From contig CAOKRG010000006.1 in assembly GCA_948471095.1 (NCBI GenBank), forward strand, positions 1,795-65,794: DNA of 64,000 nucleotides, given 5' to 3'. Shown one piece after another: positions 47,351 to 56,545 of this stretch. The position numbers were made by a program, and so were the translations under genes. The notes under the pieces were generated by a model. It worked only from the letters and a program-made list of their open reading frames with translations, was not told the origin of the DNA and searched no databases. The stretch's first letter is position 1. Every line of letters begins with the position of its first letter. The DNA is from an uncultured Oscillospiraceae bacterium (GTDB lineage Bacteria > Bacillota > Clostridia > Oscillospirales > Acutalibacteraceae).

Positions 47351-49966
47351 TCATTTTAACATACTGCTCAGCTCGAACAGCGCGTTCATGCACTGAATGG
47401 GCGTCAGGGCGTTTACGTCCAGCTCCCGCAGCTTTTTCAGCACCTGAGCGTCTGTGCCCTCCATGGTCAGCTGCACCGGCTCCTCTCCAAACCGGCGGGC
47501 GGCCCGCCGGGAGCCGGCCTCGCCGCCCGCGCTTTCCAGCTCGGCCAGTACCTGCTTGGCCCGTTTGATCACCTTATCCGGCACCCCGGCCAGCTTGGCA
47601 ACTTCAATGCCAAAGCTGTCGTCCGCCCCGCCCCGGACAATGCGCCGCAGAAAGGTAATGTCGTCCCCCCTCTTCTTCACGGCAATGTTGAAGTTTTTCA
47701 CTCCCGCTAAAAGGCCTTCCATTTCCGTGAGCTCGTGGTAGTGGGTGGCGAACAGGGTCTTGGCCCCCACCTGTTTTTGGTCCTGTACATATTCCAGCAC
47801 GGCCCGGGCAATGCTCATGCCGTCAAAGGTAGAAGTTCCCCGTCCGATCTCGTCAAAAATAATCAGGCTGCGGGACGTGGCGTTACGCAGAATCTCCGCC
47901 ACCTCGCTCATCTCGATCATAAAAGTAGACTGTCCCGCGGACAGGTCATCGGACGCGCCCACCCGGGTGTAAATACCGTCCACAATGCCGATTTCCGCCA
48001 CAGCCGCCGGAACAAAGCAGCCGATCTGGGCCATGATGGCGATGATAGCCGTCTGCCGCATGTAGGTGGACTTTCCCGCCATATTGGGTCCAGTGATAAT
48101 GGCCACCCGGGTGTCGTTCATGTCCATATCCAGGTCATTGGGCACAAAGGGCGTGTCGTGAAGCAGCGCCTCTACCACGGGATGCCGGGCGTCCTTCATG
48201 TAAAGTTTTCCACTGGCGTTCACCACCGGGCGGGTGTAGTCGTTTTTGATGGACGCGGCTGCAAAAGAGGCCAACACGTCCAGTGCCGCCACAGCCCTGG
48301 CGCTTCGCTGGACCCGGTTCAGCTCCCCGGCCACCTGGCGGCGTATGCCGTCGAAAATCTGCCCCTCCATCTCGATGGAGCGGTCATGGGCCCCCAGCAC
48401 CCGGTTTTCCAGCTCCTTGAGCTCCGGGGTGATGTAGCGTTCGCCGCCGGTCAGCGTCTGCTTGCGTATGTAGTGCTCGGGCACTTGATTCTTATAAGAA
48501 TTCGTAACCTCGATGTAGTAGCCAAATACCTTGTTAAAACCGACCTTCAGCTTGGGGATGCCGGTGCGTTCCCGCTCCCGGGCCTCAACCGAGGCGATCA
48601 ACGCCTGGCCGCCGGTCATGTCGCTGCGGATCTCGTCCAGCTCCTTGCTGTAGCCTTTTTTGATTAGCTTGCCCTCCCGAATGGTAAAGGGCGGGTTTTC
48701 GTCAATGGCCTCGTCGATCAGCTGGGCAATGTCCTCCATGCCGTCAATCTGGCTGTCCAGCTCTCCCAACAGCGTGGCTTCGCAGCCGGACAAAATCTCT
48801 TTAAGCCCCGGCAGCTTTTGTAGGGCGGCGCAAAGGGCCCGCAGGTCCCGGCCGTTGGCGGAGCCGTACACGATTTTCGTCATCAGCCGCTCCAGGTCCT
48901 GAATGCCGGTCAGCTGCCCGGTCAAAGCGTCCAGCAGGGGCTGGTCCCGCACCAACTCCTCCACCGCGTTCAGCCGCAGGGTGATTTTTGCCGGGCTCAT
49001 CAGGGGGCGTTCCAGCCAGGCGCGGATCAGCCGCTTGCCCATGGGGGTTTTGGTACGGTCCAGCACCCAGAGCAAGGAGCCCTTGCGCTCCTTGTTCCGC
49101 ATGGTCTCAATGAGCTCCAGATTCCGCACCGCGTTTAGGTCCAGGGCCATGTAGGCGTTTTCCGATTCCAGCTCCAGCTGGGTCATGCGCTCCAGACCGG
49201 TGATTTGGGTCCGGGCCAGATAGTCCAGCAGCGCCGCCACGGCCAGCACCGTTAGGGGCTTGTCCCCCAGCTCCAGCTCCGCCATGCTCCTGCCGCCAAA
49301 CTGCCGGCTCACCGCCTCCTGGGCCGCCGTAATGCGGTACTGCTCCTCGTCCAGACATTCCACCGTGGCGTGCAGCCGGTCCCGGATAAAGTCCCGCAAA
49401 TCCGTCAGGTCCGTGGCCTGGGGGTTGATCAGCAGCTCGCTGGGGGAATAGCGGCTCAGGCGGTTCTCCAGCTCCCGGGTGGCTTCCAGCGGGCCGCAGG
49501 GCTCCATCTGGCCCGCCCGCAGCTCCCCTGTGGAGACGTCGGCAAAGCACAGGCCGGTCCCGTCCGGCCCATAATACAGCGAACAGATGTAGTTGTTCCG
49601 GGACTCGTCCAGCATGCTGCTTTCCAGCACCGTGCCGGGGGTGATCACCCGCACCACATCTCTTTTCACAATGCCCTTGGCGGCTTTTGGGTCCTCCATC
49701 TGGTCGCAGATGGTGACCCGGTAGCCCTTAGCCAGCAGCTTGGCGGTGTAGCCCTCGGCGCTGTGGTAGGGCACGCCGCACATGGGGGCCTTTTCCCCTT
49801 GGCCGCAGTCCCGGCCGGTGAGGGTCAGGTCCAGCTCTTGGGAGACGGTTTTCGCGTCGTTAAAGAACATCTCGTAAAAATCGCCCAGCCGGAAAAAAAG
49901 GATTGTGTTGGGATGCTCCCGCTTTAGGTTGAAATACTGCTTCATCATTGGGGAAAAATCCGCCAT
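47351..49966 (-). CDS. mutS: DNA mismatch repair protein MutS
   Basis: FFRLGDFYEMF, TGPNMAGKSTYMRQ, STFMIEM, DEIGRGTST, ATHYHEL. Confidence 0.98.
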   Translation of the reverse strand: MADFSPMMKQYFNLKREHPNTILFFRLGDFYEMFFNDAKTVSQELDLTLTGRDCGQGEKAPMCGVPYHSAEGYTAKLLAKGYRVTICDQMEDPKAAKGIVKRDVVRVITPGTVLESSMLDESRNNYICSLYYGPDGTGLCFADVSTGELRAGQMEPCGPLEATRELENRLSRYSPSELLINPQATDLTDLRDFIRDRLHATVECLDEEQYRITAAQEAVSRQFGGRSMAELELGDKPLTVLAVAALLDYLARTQITGLERMTQLELESENAYMALDLNAVRNLELIETMRNKERKGSLLWVLDRTKTPMGKRLIRAWLERPLMSPAKITLRLNAVEELVRDQPLLDALTGQLTGIQDLERLMTKIVYGSANGRDLRALCAALQKLPGLKEILSGCEATLLGELDSQIDGMEDIAQLIDEAIDENPPFTIREGKLIKKGYSKELDEIRSDMTGGQALIASVEARERERTGIPKLKVGFNKVFGYYIEVTNSYKNQVPEHYIRKQTLTGGERYITPELKELENRVLGAHDRSIEMEGQIFDGIRRQVAGELNRVQRSARAVAALDVLASFAAASIKNDYTRPVVNASGKLYMKDARHPVVEALLHDTPFVPNDLDMDMNDTRVAIITGPNMAGKSTYMRQTAIIAIMAQIGCFVPAAVAEIGIVDGIYTRVGASDDLSAGQSTFMIEMSEVAEILRNATSRSLIIFDEIGRGTSTFDGMSIARAVLEYVQDQKQVGAKTLFATHYHELTEMEGLLAGVKNFNIAVKKRGDDITFLRRIVRGGADDSFGIEVAKLAGVPDKVIKRAKQVLAELESAGGEAGSRRAARRFGEEPVQLTMEGTDAQVLKKLRELDVNALTPIQCMNALFELSSMLK

Positions 49967-50041
49967 GCTCCGCCCACCTTATCTTTTTTGATCGATCAAA
50001 GTTTCCATTTCTTCCGCGCTTGCCGAATGGTAAAAACCAAA

Positions 50042-50067
50042 TTTCTCCCCGTTGGAGGCGGGAGAAA
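50042..50067 (-). terminator. Hairpin/possible terminator between ricA-like gene and mutS
   Basis: TTTCTCCC...GGGAGAAA stem followed on minus strand by TTTGGTTTTT. Confidence 0.4.
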
Positions 50068-50085
50068 GCCAAAATCAGAGGCTTC

Positions 50086-50493
50086 TTAATGACAGCCCGC
50101 GCAGCTGGAGCAGTCGCCCCCGCAGCTGGCCGCGTCATAGTCGCAGGTCTCCGGGTCGTCTCCCTCGGCGCACAGGTTCAAAATGCCGGTGATTCGCTGA
50201 AAGAAAGCGTCAAACTCCGTTTTTGCCGCGTCATAGCGCCGCATATGCTCGTTGGCCATGATCTTGGCGTACACTTCCCGAAACTCCTGGTTCAGCCGCT
50301 GCATGGTCTCGTCGTTCCGGTCCGGCTTGGCGGCCTCGTTGCTGATGGCCATGCGCTTAAGATTAAATTCTCCGATGGCGTCCTGTAACTCCTGGTCCTC
50401 ATCGCTTGCCTGGTGGGCCAGCCGCATTTCAATAAACCTCGGGTCTTCCTGAATGGCCTTGCCCAGTTCCCTTGTCAGTTCAATCGCGTCCAT
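50086..50493 (-). CDS. YlbF/YmcA (RicA/RicF-like) family regulator
   Basis: ELGKAIQED.R, helical body, C-terminal CGGDCSSCAGCH; ymcA position between miaB and mutS. Confidence 0.85.
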   Translation of the reverse strand: MDAIELTRELGKAIQEDPRFIEMRLAHQASDEDQELQDAIGEFNLKRMAISNEAAKPDRNDETMQRLNQEFREVYAKIMANEHMRRYDAAKTEFDAFFQRITGILNLCAEGDDPETCDYDAASCGGDCSSCAGCH

Positions 50494-50536
50494 TTTTATT
50501 ACCTCCAAAAAATATTTTTTCAGTCATTTTATAACT

Positions 50537-50974
50537 TCATTCACTTGTTTTCAGCGCTTCGAAGCCGTGTTCCTTTCGAAATTCATCCATATACTTCTTG
50601 CAGGCATAAGCCTCCATCAGGCTTTCGTCCTCCCAGGTCCAGCGCTTCTCCACATCGATCATATGGGCGATCTCCTCCGGGCTGGGTTCGGCTGGGAAAA
50701 TGCCGCAGGGGTAGTTTTCACAGCATCCGCAGTGTTCATACCCTTTTTCCATCACGCAGCTTCGGGTTTTGCAGTTTTTGTCAAAGTGGACCGCGTCTTT
50801 CTCTTCGCAGGCGCAGCCGTCGCAGATGATGGTGGACGGATCGCCGGTAAAATTGGGGTTCTGCTTTTTCCACACCGCGCAAATTTCCGCCCGGCGGTCC
50901 TGCCGTTCCACATTGGGACGGTAGATCAGGCACAGGTCGCAGCGCATACCGCATTTCGCAAAAACATTCTCCAT
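50537..50974 (-). CDS. DUF3795-like Cys-rich protein
   Basis: CGMRCDLC, CDGC, C..RSC, CG.C..YPC. Confidence 0.8.
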   Translation of the reverse strand: MENVFAKCGMRCDLCLIYRPNVERQDRRAEICAVWKKQNPNFTGDPSTIICDGCACEEKDAVHFDKNCKTRSCVMEKGYEHCGCCENYPCGIFPAEPSPEEIAHMIDVEKRWTWEDESLMEAYACKKYMDEFRKEHGFEALKTSE

Positions 50975-50989
50975 TTGAGCGCCCCTTCA

Positions 50990-51017
50990 ATTATACAAAA
51001 TATTTCTTATGTATCAA
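50990..51017 (-). promoter_or_regulatory. Internal sigmaA-like promoter upstream of DUF3795 gene
   Basis: TTGATA-N16-TATAAT. Confidence 0.45.
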
Positions 51018-51041
51018 GCAGTGTGGGCTTTACCGACTCCT

Positions 51042-51593
51042 TCAACCAAACCATTCCTCTGTCTTGGCGCAAATGGCCGGTTTATGGGGTTCTATATCCC
51101 CCTTATCCTCAATCCCGCAGAAATACATGCTCCCCGCCATCTCCACGCCCATATGCCCGCACCAGTGGGCAATGGTATCAAGAATGTGTTGGCACTCCCC
51201 CGGGCTGGAGCCTGTGCGCAGGGCAACGGCATAGCAGCGTTTGCTCGCCCCCAGGGTCCAATGGCTGGGATTAGGATTTGTATCGCTAAAGGGCGTGCAT
51301 CGGTCAATGAAAGCCTTGAACTGCGCGGGCACGTCCGCCCAATAGGAGGGCGCGGCAATGACGAAAGCGTCCGCGGCCTCCAGCTTGTCCAGCAGCGCCG
51401 TCATGCCGTCTTGGCGTACACAGCGGCAGGTCTCGTAGCATTTTTTGCAGCCCAGGCAGTATTGAACGTCCACATCGCCCAAACAGACCAGCTCGCTCTC
51501 CGCCTGGGCCGGAAGCGCGCCTTGCACAGTCAGCAGAATTTCCTGGGTTGCGCCATCGTTTCTCGGGCTGGCGTTCAGCAATAAAATTTTCAT
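51042..51593 (-). CDS. Flavodoxin-family (iron-sulfur flavoprotein-like) protein
   Basis: NASPRNDGAT, CLGCKKC....C...D, APSYW, KAFIDR. Confidence 0.9.
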   Translation of the reverse strand: MKILLLNASPRNDGATQEILLTVQGALPAQAESELVCLGDVDVQYCLGCKKCYETCRCVRQDGMTALLDKLEAADAFVIAAPSYWADVPAQFKAFIDRCTPFSDTNPNPSHWTLGASKRCYAVALRTGSSPGECQHILDTIAHWCGHMGVEMAGSMYFCGIEDKGDIEPHKPAICAKTEEWFG

Positions 51594-51655
51594 AGGGCCT
51601 CTCCTGCCTCCCAGATTTTTCGGTCGAATGTGGCAGCTCTTTTCATTCCGCCCTC

Positions 51656-51988
51656 CTACTTCGCCCGGTATTTCTTTTCGATCACTTTTTTATAGACAAG
51701 CACCAGCGCGACTGCCCCCGCCGTGCCCAGGACGCACATCAGCGCCACCGCCGCCACGGGCTGCCACAGCGCCGCCAGGCCGGAGATAAAATAGACCGTG
51801 CCGTAAGCGCCCCATAGCTTCCCCATGGCCCGGTTGTAGCCGGGCAGGTCGCTAACGCTTTCGCGGGGCACCTGCTGGCCGGACCAGAAGTTCATGGGCC
51901 GGTCCCGCAGGCGCCAGGCATACACGCCTATGCCCAGGAAGATCGCCCCGCAAAGCCAGCACACCACAAATAGAATCCAGTTTCCCAT
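51656..51988 (-). CDS. Small hypothetical membrane protein (3 TM)
   Basis: Hydrophobic helices flanking PMNFWSG...YNRAMGKLW. Confidence 0.75.
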   Translation of the reverse strand: MGNWILFVVCWLCGAIFLGIGVYAWRLRDRPMNFWSGQQVPRESVSDLPGYNRAMGKLWGAYGTVYFISGLAALWQPVAAVALMCVLGTAGAVALVLVYKKVIEKKYRAK

Positions 51989-52031
51989 GTGATACACTCC
52001 CTATCATACAAAAGATTTGTTTCTTCTATCG

Positions 52032-52487
52032 TTACGCCTGGGATTCGCTTGCATACCGCCAGATAGAGTTGTATTCGTCCCCAGAAATCTCATAGATCCC
52101 ATTATAGGGCTGCTCGATAAAGTACTCCCCATCCTTGCCGGGCCGGTGGTAGACAAACAGCGTCGAGGTCCCGCCCTTTTGGAAGCTCATATCCACCTGG
52201 ATCCAGTCCGCCACATTCACCGGCGCGTCCTGGACGCTCTCGGTTTTGGTGGTCCTTCCATTTCCCTTTAGGATAAAGAGCACGTCTTCCGCATAGGCGT
52301 CCACAAGCTTCACCTCTCCCCCGCCCCGCTGGGTCAGGGCGACGCCCTTTAGGTCTCCAAAATCCGGCAGATGAAGCTCATAGCTTCTCTGGCCGGAAAG
52401 CCAGAAATGGACCGCCGCGCAAAGCAGCACCCCCACCCCGGCGGCACAGCAAAGGACCGCCGCCAATTTCTTCTGCTGTTTTGTCAT
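52032..52487 (-). CDS. Membrane-anchored hypothetical protein (DUF5301-like)
   Basis: N-terminal TM, TESVQDAP, YFIEQPYNGIYEI; RBS AGGAGG. Confidence 0.7.
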   Translation of the reverse strand: MTKQQKKLAAVLCCAAGVGVLLCAAVHFWLSGQRSYELHLPDFGDLKGVALTQRGGGEVKLVDAYAEDVLFILKGNGRTTKTESVQDAPVNVADWIQVDMSFQKGGTSTLFVYHRPGKDGEYFIEQPYNGIYEISGDEYNSIWRYASESQA

Positions 52488-52508
52488 CGCAAACCGCCTC
52501 CTGTCTTC

Positions 52509-53891
52509 TCAGTGATTCTCCGCCATCCGGCCCCGCAGGCTCCACCCTCGGGCCTCGGTGACCTCCACCTGGGCAAACTGGCCCACAAGCTCTTCCCCAC
52601 CGGGGAATAAAACCACCAGACTGCCTGCCGTCCGCCCGGAGAGCAGGCCCGTCTTTTCATCCCGTCCTTCCACTAAAACCTCCTGAACCGTCTCTACCAG
52701 CTTTTGGCTGTTTTTCACGGCAATCTCCTCCTGGACCTTTAGCAGCTCCGCAAACCACCGGGTCTTCTCCTGGTGGCTCACCGGGTCCGGCATTTCCGCC
52801 GCCTTGGTGCCCGGCCGGGGGGAGTAGATGAAGGTAAACAGGTTCACAAACTCCACTTCGCGAATCAGGCTCAGGGTGTCCTGAAACTCCTCGTAGGTCT
52901 CGCCGGGGAAGCCCACAATCACATCAGAGGTAAAGGTGATATCTGGCATGACCTCTCTAGCGTATTGGATGAGGGATAAATATTTCTCCCGGTCATACCG
53001 GCGGTTCATCTCCCGGAGCACCCGGTTGTTTCCCGACTGGAAGGGCAGGTGGATGTGGTGGGGAATGTGCCTGCTCTTTGCCATTACATCAAAGAGCTCC
53101 TTAGAGGCGTCCTTGGGGTGGGAGGTCATAAAGCGCAGGCGGTACCGCCCCTCGATGCCGTCCAGGCGCTGGACCAGCTGGGCGAAGTTCACCGGCTCTT
53201 CCAGGCCTTTTCCATAGGAGTTGACGTTCTGCCCCAAAAGGGTAATCTCCTTGCGGCCCTCTTTAATCAGGCTCCGGCACTCCTCATAGATGTTATCCGG
53301 CAGGCGGCTTTTCTCCCTGCCCCGGACATAGGGCACAATGCAGTAGGAGCAGAAATTGTCGCAGCCATACATGGCGGTCACCCAGGCCCGTGCGCCGCCG
53401 TCCCGGCGGATGGGCAGATCCTCCCGGATAAAGCGTTCCTCTTGGCCCAGAACCAGCACCCGCTGGGAGTCGGCTAAAACTTCATATAGCATTTCAGGCA
53501 GCTTATGAATCACATGGGGGCCGAAAATCAAGTCCACGAAGGGAAAGGTCTTTTGCAGCCGTTCCGCCACAGCCCGCTGCTCCGTCATGCAACCGCAGAC
53601 CGCCACCACCAGATTGGGATTGCGGCGCTTGTTGTTCTTCAAGGCCCCCACATTGCCGAAAACCCGGTCTTCCGCGTGCTCCCGGACCGCGCAGGTATTA
53701 AAAACGATAAGGTCCGCGCTGTCGGGCGAGTCCGTAAAGCCGAAGCCCATCCGCGCCAACAGCCCCTTTATCTTTTCTCCGTCCGCCGCGTTCTGCTGGC
53801 AGCCGTATGTCCGCACAAAGGCCGCCGGCGGGCGTCCCGCCCGCTCCGCCATAAGGCCGCGGACCTGGGATATATAAAAATCATCCCGCAA
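52509..53891 (-). CDS. miaB: tRNA-2-methylthio-N6-dimethylallyladenosine synthase
   Basis: TYGCQQN, NTCAVRE.AE, GCDNFCSYC, C-terminal TRAM; TTG start after GGGGAG. Confidence 0.95.
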   Translation of the reverse strand: MRDDFYISQVRGLMAERAGRPPAAFVRTYGCQQNAADGEKIKGLLARMGFGFTDSPDSADLIVFNTCAVREHAEDRVFGNVGALKNNKRRNPNLVVAVCGCMTEQRAVAERLQKTFPFVDLIFGPHVIHKLPEMLYEVLADSQRVLVLGQEERFIREDLPIRRDGGARAWVTAMYGCDNFCSYCIVPYVRGREKSRLPDNIYEECRSLIKEGRKEITLLGQNVNSYGKGLEEPVNFAQLVQRLDGIEGRYRLRFMTSHPKDASKELFDVMAKSRHIPHHIHLPFQSGNNRVLREMNRRYDREKYLSLIQYAREVMPDITFTSDVIVGFPGETYEEFQDTLSLIREVEFVNLFTFIYSPRPGTKAAEMPDPVSHQEKTRWFAELLKVQEEIAVKNSQKLVETVQEVLVEGRDEKTGLLSGRTAGSLVVLFPGGEELVGQFAQVEVTEARGWSLRGRMAENH

Positions 53892-54093
53892 AAGAATCTC
53901 CCCTTTCCCAATGAAAACCATAACGCGGCACATTCTTCCGGCCCTTTCACCCACATATGAAAAAGGCAAAACCCGCGCTTCACTTATTTCTATCAAAACA
54001 CGCTTTCAAATTGATACGTACCGGTCTGGAAGCTGAGAGGCTTTGCCGTCTTCTTTAACGATAAGGGTGCTCCTCCATCCGCTCAATGAGCCC

Positions 54094-54122
54094 ATTTTAC
54101 CACAAAGCTCCCCAAACTGCAA
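54094..54122 (-). promoter_or_regulatory. sigmaA promoter of miaB cluster
   Basis: TTGCAG-N17-TAAAAT with TG extension. Confidence 0.6.
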
Positions 54123-54303
54123 GCGGCATGTGGCGGGTTTTCCCATAAGGATTGCCTGCGGAACAGAGAGGGAGCCTCTGCTCTATGGAAAAAAGACAGG
54201 GAGCAGTCCGCCCGCTGTCTTTCTTTGATAGTCCGGCATTTTTAGCCAGATTTCTCTCGATAGGCCTGGCAAAAAAGCCGCCTCGAAAAAGGCCGTTGCC
54301 TGG

Positions 54304-54332
54304 GTATATTTTCACTTAGCCATGCCACACTA
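54304..54332 (+). promoter_or_regulatory. sigmaG-like forespore promoter
   Basis: GTATA-N17-CACACTA upstream of AAGGAGG RBS. Confidence 0.55.
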
Positions 54333-54365
54333 GAAAATGATCGAACTTTCCAAGGAGGCCCGCGT

Positions 54366-54674
54366 ATGAAACAACCATCCGGCGGCAGGATCGGCAACCT
54401 GCCCGCCAATATCAACATTATGAATCCCGTCCCGAATAAGGACGCGAAATCCATTGCCCGGCTGGTCCGCAAAAACGGCAAGATCTCCGGCTATGAGCTT
54501 TCAGACGGCAGCGTGCTCTCCAAACGCGAGGGCGTGGCCCTAGCCAAGCAGGGAGGCATACGGGGCGTAGCCATTGCCAGCCGGAACGGGAGCGAATACC
54601 TGCGCTCCCTGCCGGACGGGGACGAGAGCAACAACCTTGGCGACCTGCCCAGTTCTCCCCAGGGCCTAAGCTGA
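54366..54674 (+). CDS. DUF3892-like protein
   Basis: GKISGYELSDG, A.QGGIRGV, EYLRSLPDG...NNL.DLP. Confidence 0.85.
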   Translation: MKQPSGGRIGNLPANINIMNPVPNKDAKSIARLVRKNGKISGYELSDGSVLSKREGVALAKQGGIRGVAIASRNGSEYLRSLPDGDESNNLGDLPSSPQGLS

Positions 54675-54682
54675 GGACGAAA

Positions 54683-54710
54683 GAAGCGCCTACGGGCGCT
54701 TCCTTTTTTT
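54683..54710 (+). terminator. Intrinsic terminator between convergent DUF3892 and MATE genes
   Basis: GAAGCGCC-TACG-GGCGCTTC-CTTTTTTT. Confidence 0.8.
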
Positions 54711-54722
54711 ATGTGCGCTCCC

Positions 54723-56060
54723 TTACTCGCCCAGGAGTTTCTCCCTGCGCGCCAAATAGACCGCGATGCCGATGAAGTCCGCCAGCACCCAGCCAATGGG
54801 CACCGCCCACCAGACCCCTGCCACGCCAATGGCGGGAATTGGGGAAAGCAAATAGGCCAAAGCCACCCGGGTGCCCAGAGATGCAATGGTCAGCACCACG
54901 GACATGCCCGGCTTTCCCAAGGCGCGGTATAGCCCATATAGCAGAAACAACAAGCCGATGCCCCAGTAAAACGCGCCCTCAATGCGCAGATAGCGTACCC
55001 CCTGGGCAATGATCTCCGTTTCGCCCGCATCCACGAAGATCTGCATCAGCTGCCCGGCGAAGAGGAATACCAGCGCGGACACCGCCACGCAAAACCCGCA
55101 GGAGGCCGCTGCCGCCCCTCTGAGCCCCGCCTGGATTCGGTCGCGCTTCCGAGCGCCATAGTTTTGAGCGATGAAGGTGGAAAACGCGTTGCCGAAGTCC
55201 TGCACCGGCATATAGGCAAAGGCGTCGATCTTGACAGCCGCCGCAAACGCCGCCATGACCCCTGGGCCAAATCCGTTGACCACGCCCTGAACCAACAAAA
55301 TGCCTAAATTCATCACCGACTGCTGCACGCAGGTGAGCACCGAGAAACCGGCTACCTCCTGCAAGCGGCTCTTCCGCACCCGGAAGGTCCGGGGATTCAG
55401 CCGCAGCCAGGGAGCGGCCTTCCAGGCATAGAGCGCAATGCCCAGCCCGGACGCGTACTGGGCCAGAACCGTGGCTTCCGCCGCCCCGGCCACGCCCCGC
55501 TTCAGCCCCAGCACAAACCACAGGTCCAGCCCAATGTTCAGCACTGCCGACAGGGCCAGAAACACCAGCGGTACGGTGGAGTTGCCCACAGCGCGGAGCA
55601 GGGAGGCATAATAATTATAGAAAAACGTGGCGGCAATGCCAGCGAAAATTACCCGCAGATAGGCCCGCATGTCCCCCCAGACCTCGGGCGGAACCTGGAG
55701 GAAGGCTTGGATCTGGTCCAGGCAGGCATAGGCCAGCAGATTCAGCAGCACGGCCAGCCCGGCGATCAATAGGAACGAAGCGGACACGCATTCTCGCAGC
55801 GCCTCCTGGTTCCGCTCTCCAAACCGGATAGAGGCCAGCGTGCCGCTGCCCATACACAGCCCCAGCAAGATGGAGGTCAGAAAGGTCATCAGCGTGAAGG
55901 AGGAGCCCACCGCCGCCAGGGCGTTGGCTCCCAAAAAGCGGCCGACGATCAGGGTGTCAGCAATATTATAGCACTGCTGCAGCAGATTGCCCAGCACCAT
56001 GGGCAGGGCAAACCACAGCATAGAGCTCATAACGGGGCCGCGGGTCATATCTTTTGTCAT
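54723..56060 (-). CDS. MATE family efflux transporter
   Basis: DMTRGP, LQQCYNIADTLIVG, ALAAVG, AQNYGA; about 12 TM. Confidence 0.95.
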   Translation of the reverse strand: MTKDMTRGPVMSSMLWFALPMVLGNLLQQCYNIADTLIVGRFLGANALAAVGSSFTLMTFLTSILLGLCMGSGTLASIRFGERNQEALRECVSASFLLIAGLAVLLNLLAYACLDQIQAFLQVPPEVWGDMRAYLRVIFAGIAATFFYNYYASLLRAVGNSTVPLVFLALSAVLNIGLDLWFVLGLKRGVAGAAEATVLAQYASGLGIALYAWKAAPWLRLNPRTFRVRKSRLQEVAGFSVLTCVQQSVMNLGILLVQGVVNGFGPGVMAAFAAAVKIDAFAYMPVQDFGNAFSTFIAQNYGARKRDRIQAGLRGAAAASCGFCVAVSALVFLFAGQLMQIFVDAGETEIIAQGVRYLRIEGAFYWGIGLLFLLYGLYRALGKPGMSVVLTIASLGTRVALAYLLSPIPAIGVAGVWWAVPIGWVLADFIGIAVYLARREKLLGE

Positions 56061-56089
56061 CCGGGACGCTCCTTTGAGTTGATGAAACC

Positions 56090-56118
56090 ATCATACCAAA
56101 TTTCCCGGAGCAGGTCAA
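56090..56118 (-). promoter_or_regulatory. sigmaA promoter of MATE gene
   Basis: TTGACC-N17-TATGAT (TG ext.). Confidence 0.65.
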
Positions 56119-56182
56119 GCCCGCTGTCCCTTTGAGGGCCGCCGGAAGACGTGGTTCGGCGTGTTACGGAGCGCCCGCTCCG

Positions 56183-56389
56183 TCAGCCGCGCCTTCCCCG
56201 GCGCCTCTGTCCGAAACGATCGTTAACGCCGGACCCTCCCTTTCCCCTTCGCTCCCGCAAAAAGGCCTCTCGGACCCGGTCTTCCCAACGGCAAAGCCAT
56301 ATGGCCGCCACAGCCAAAACCGCACCCATCATGCCCCTCGCCGCCGCCCACATCAGTAGGATTTCCCAACGCACCCTATCGTCCCCCAT
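56183..56389 (-). CDS. Small single-TM peptide with basic tail
   Basis: Hydrophobic segment then Arg-rich tail; near-consensus promoter upstream and CGGAGCG/CGCTCCG hairpin downstream. Confidence 0.45.
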   Translation of the reverse strand: MGDDRVRWEILLMWAAARGMMGAVLAVAAIWLCRWEDRVREAFLRERRGKGGSGVNDRFGQRRRGRRG

Positions 56390-56420
56390 TCTTTTTCTTG
56401 GCTAAAGCGTTCCAGCCTTT

Positions 56421-56464
56421 ATGTATAGCGCCCCAAGTATACATCATTTGTGGTCAATTGTCAA
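56421..56464 (-). promoter_or_regulatory. Near-consensus sigmaA promoter with operator-like inverted repeat
   Basis: TTGACA-N17-TATACT (56436-56464); ATGTATA-N10-TATACAT at 56421-56444. Confidence 0.6.
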
Positions 56465-56545
56465 CATTTGTATTCATTTTTAAAACCGGAACATACTACA
56501 CTAAAGGAGAAAAGGAATGTGACTCAGGGAAAGGATTTGACGCAT

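Noticed and set aside
44812-52508. Integron-like cassette array with repeated att sites
   Set aside because: No repeated spacer motif or integrase visible by eye; kept only as insertions.
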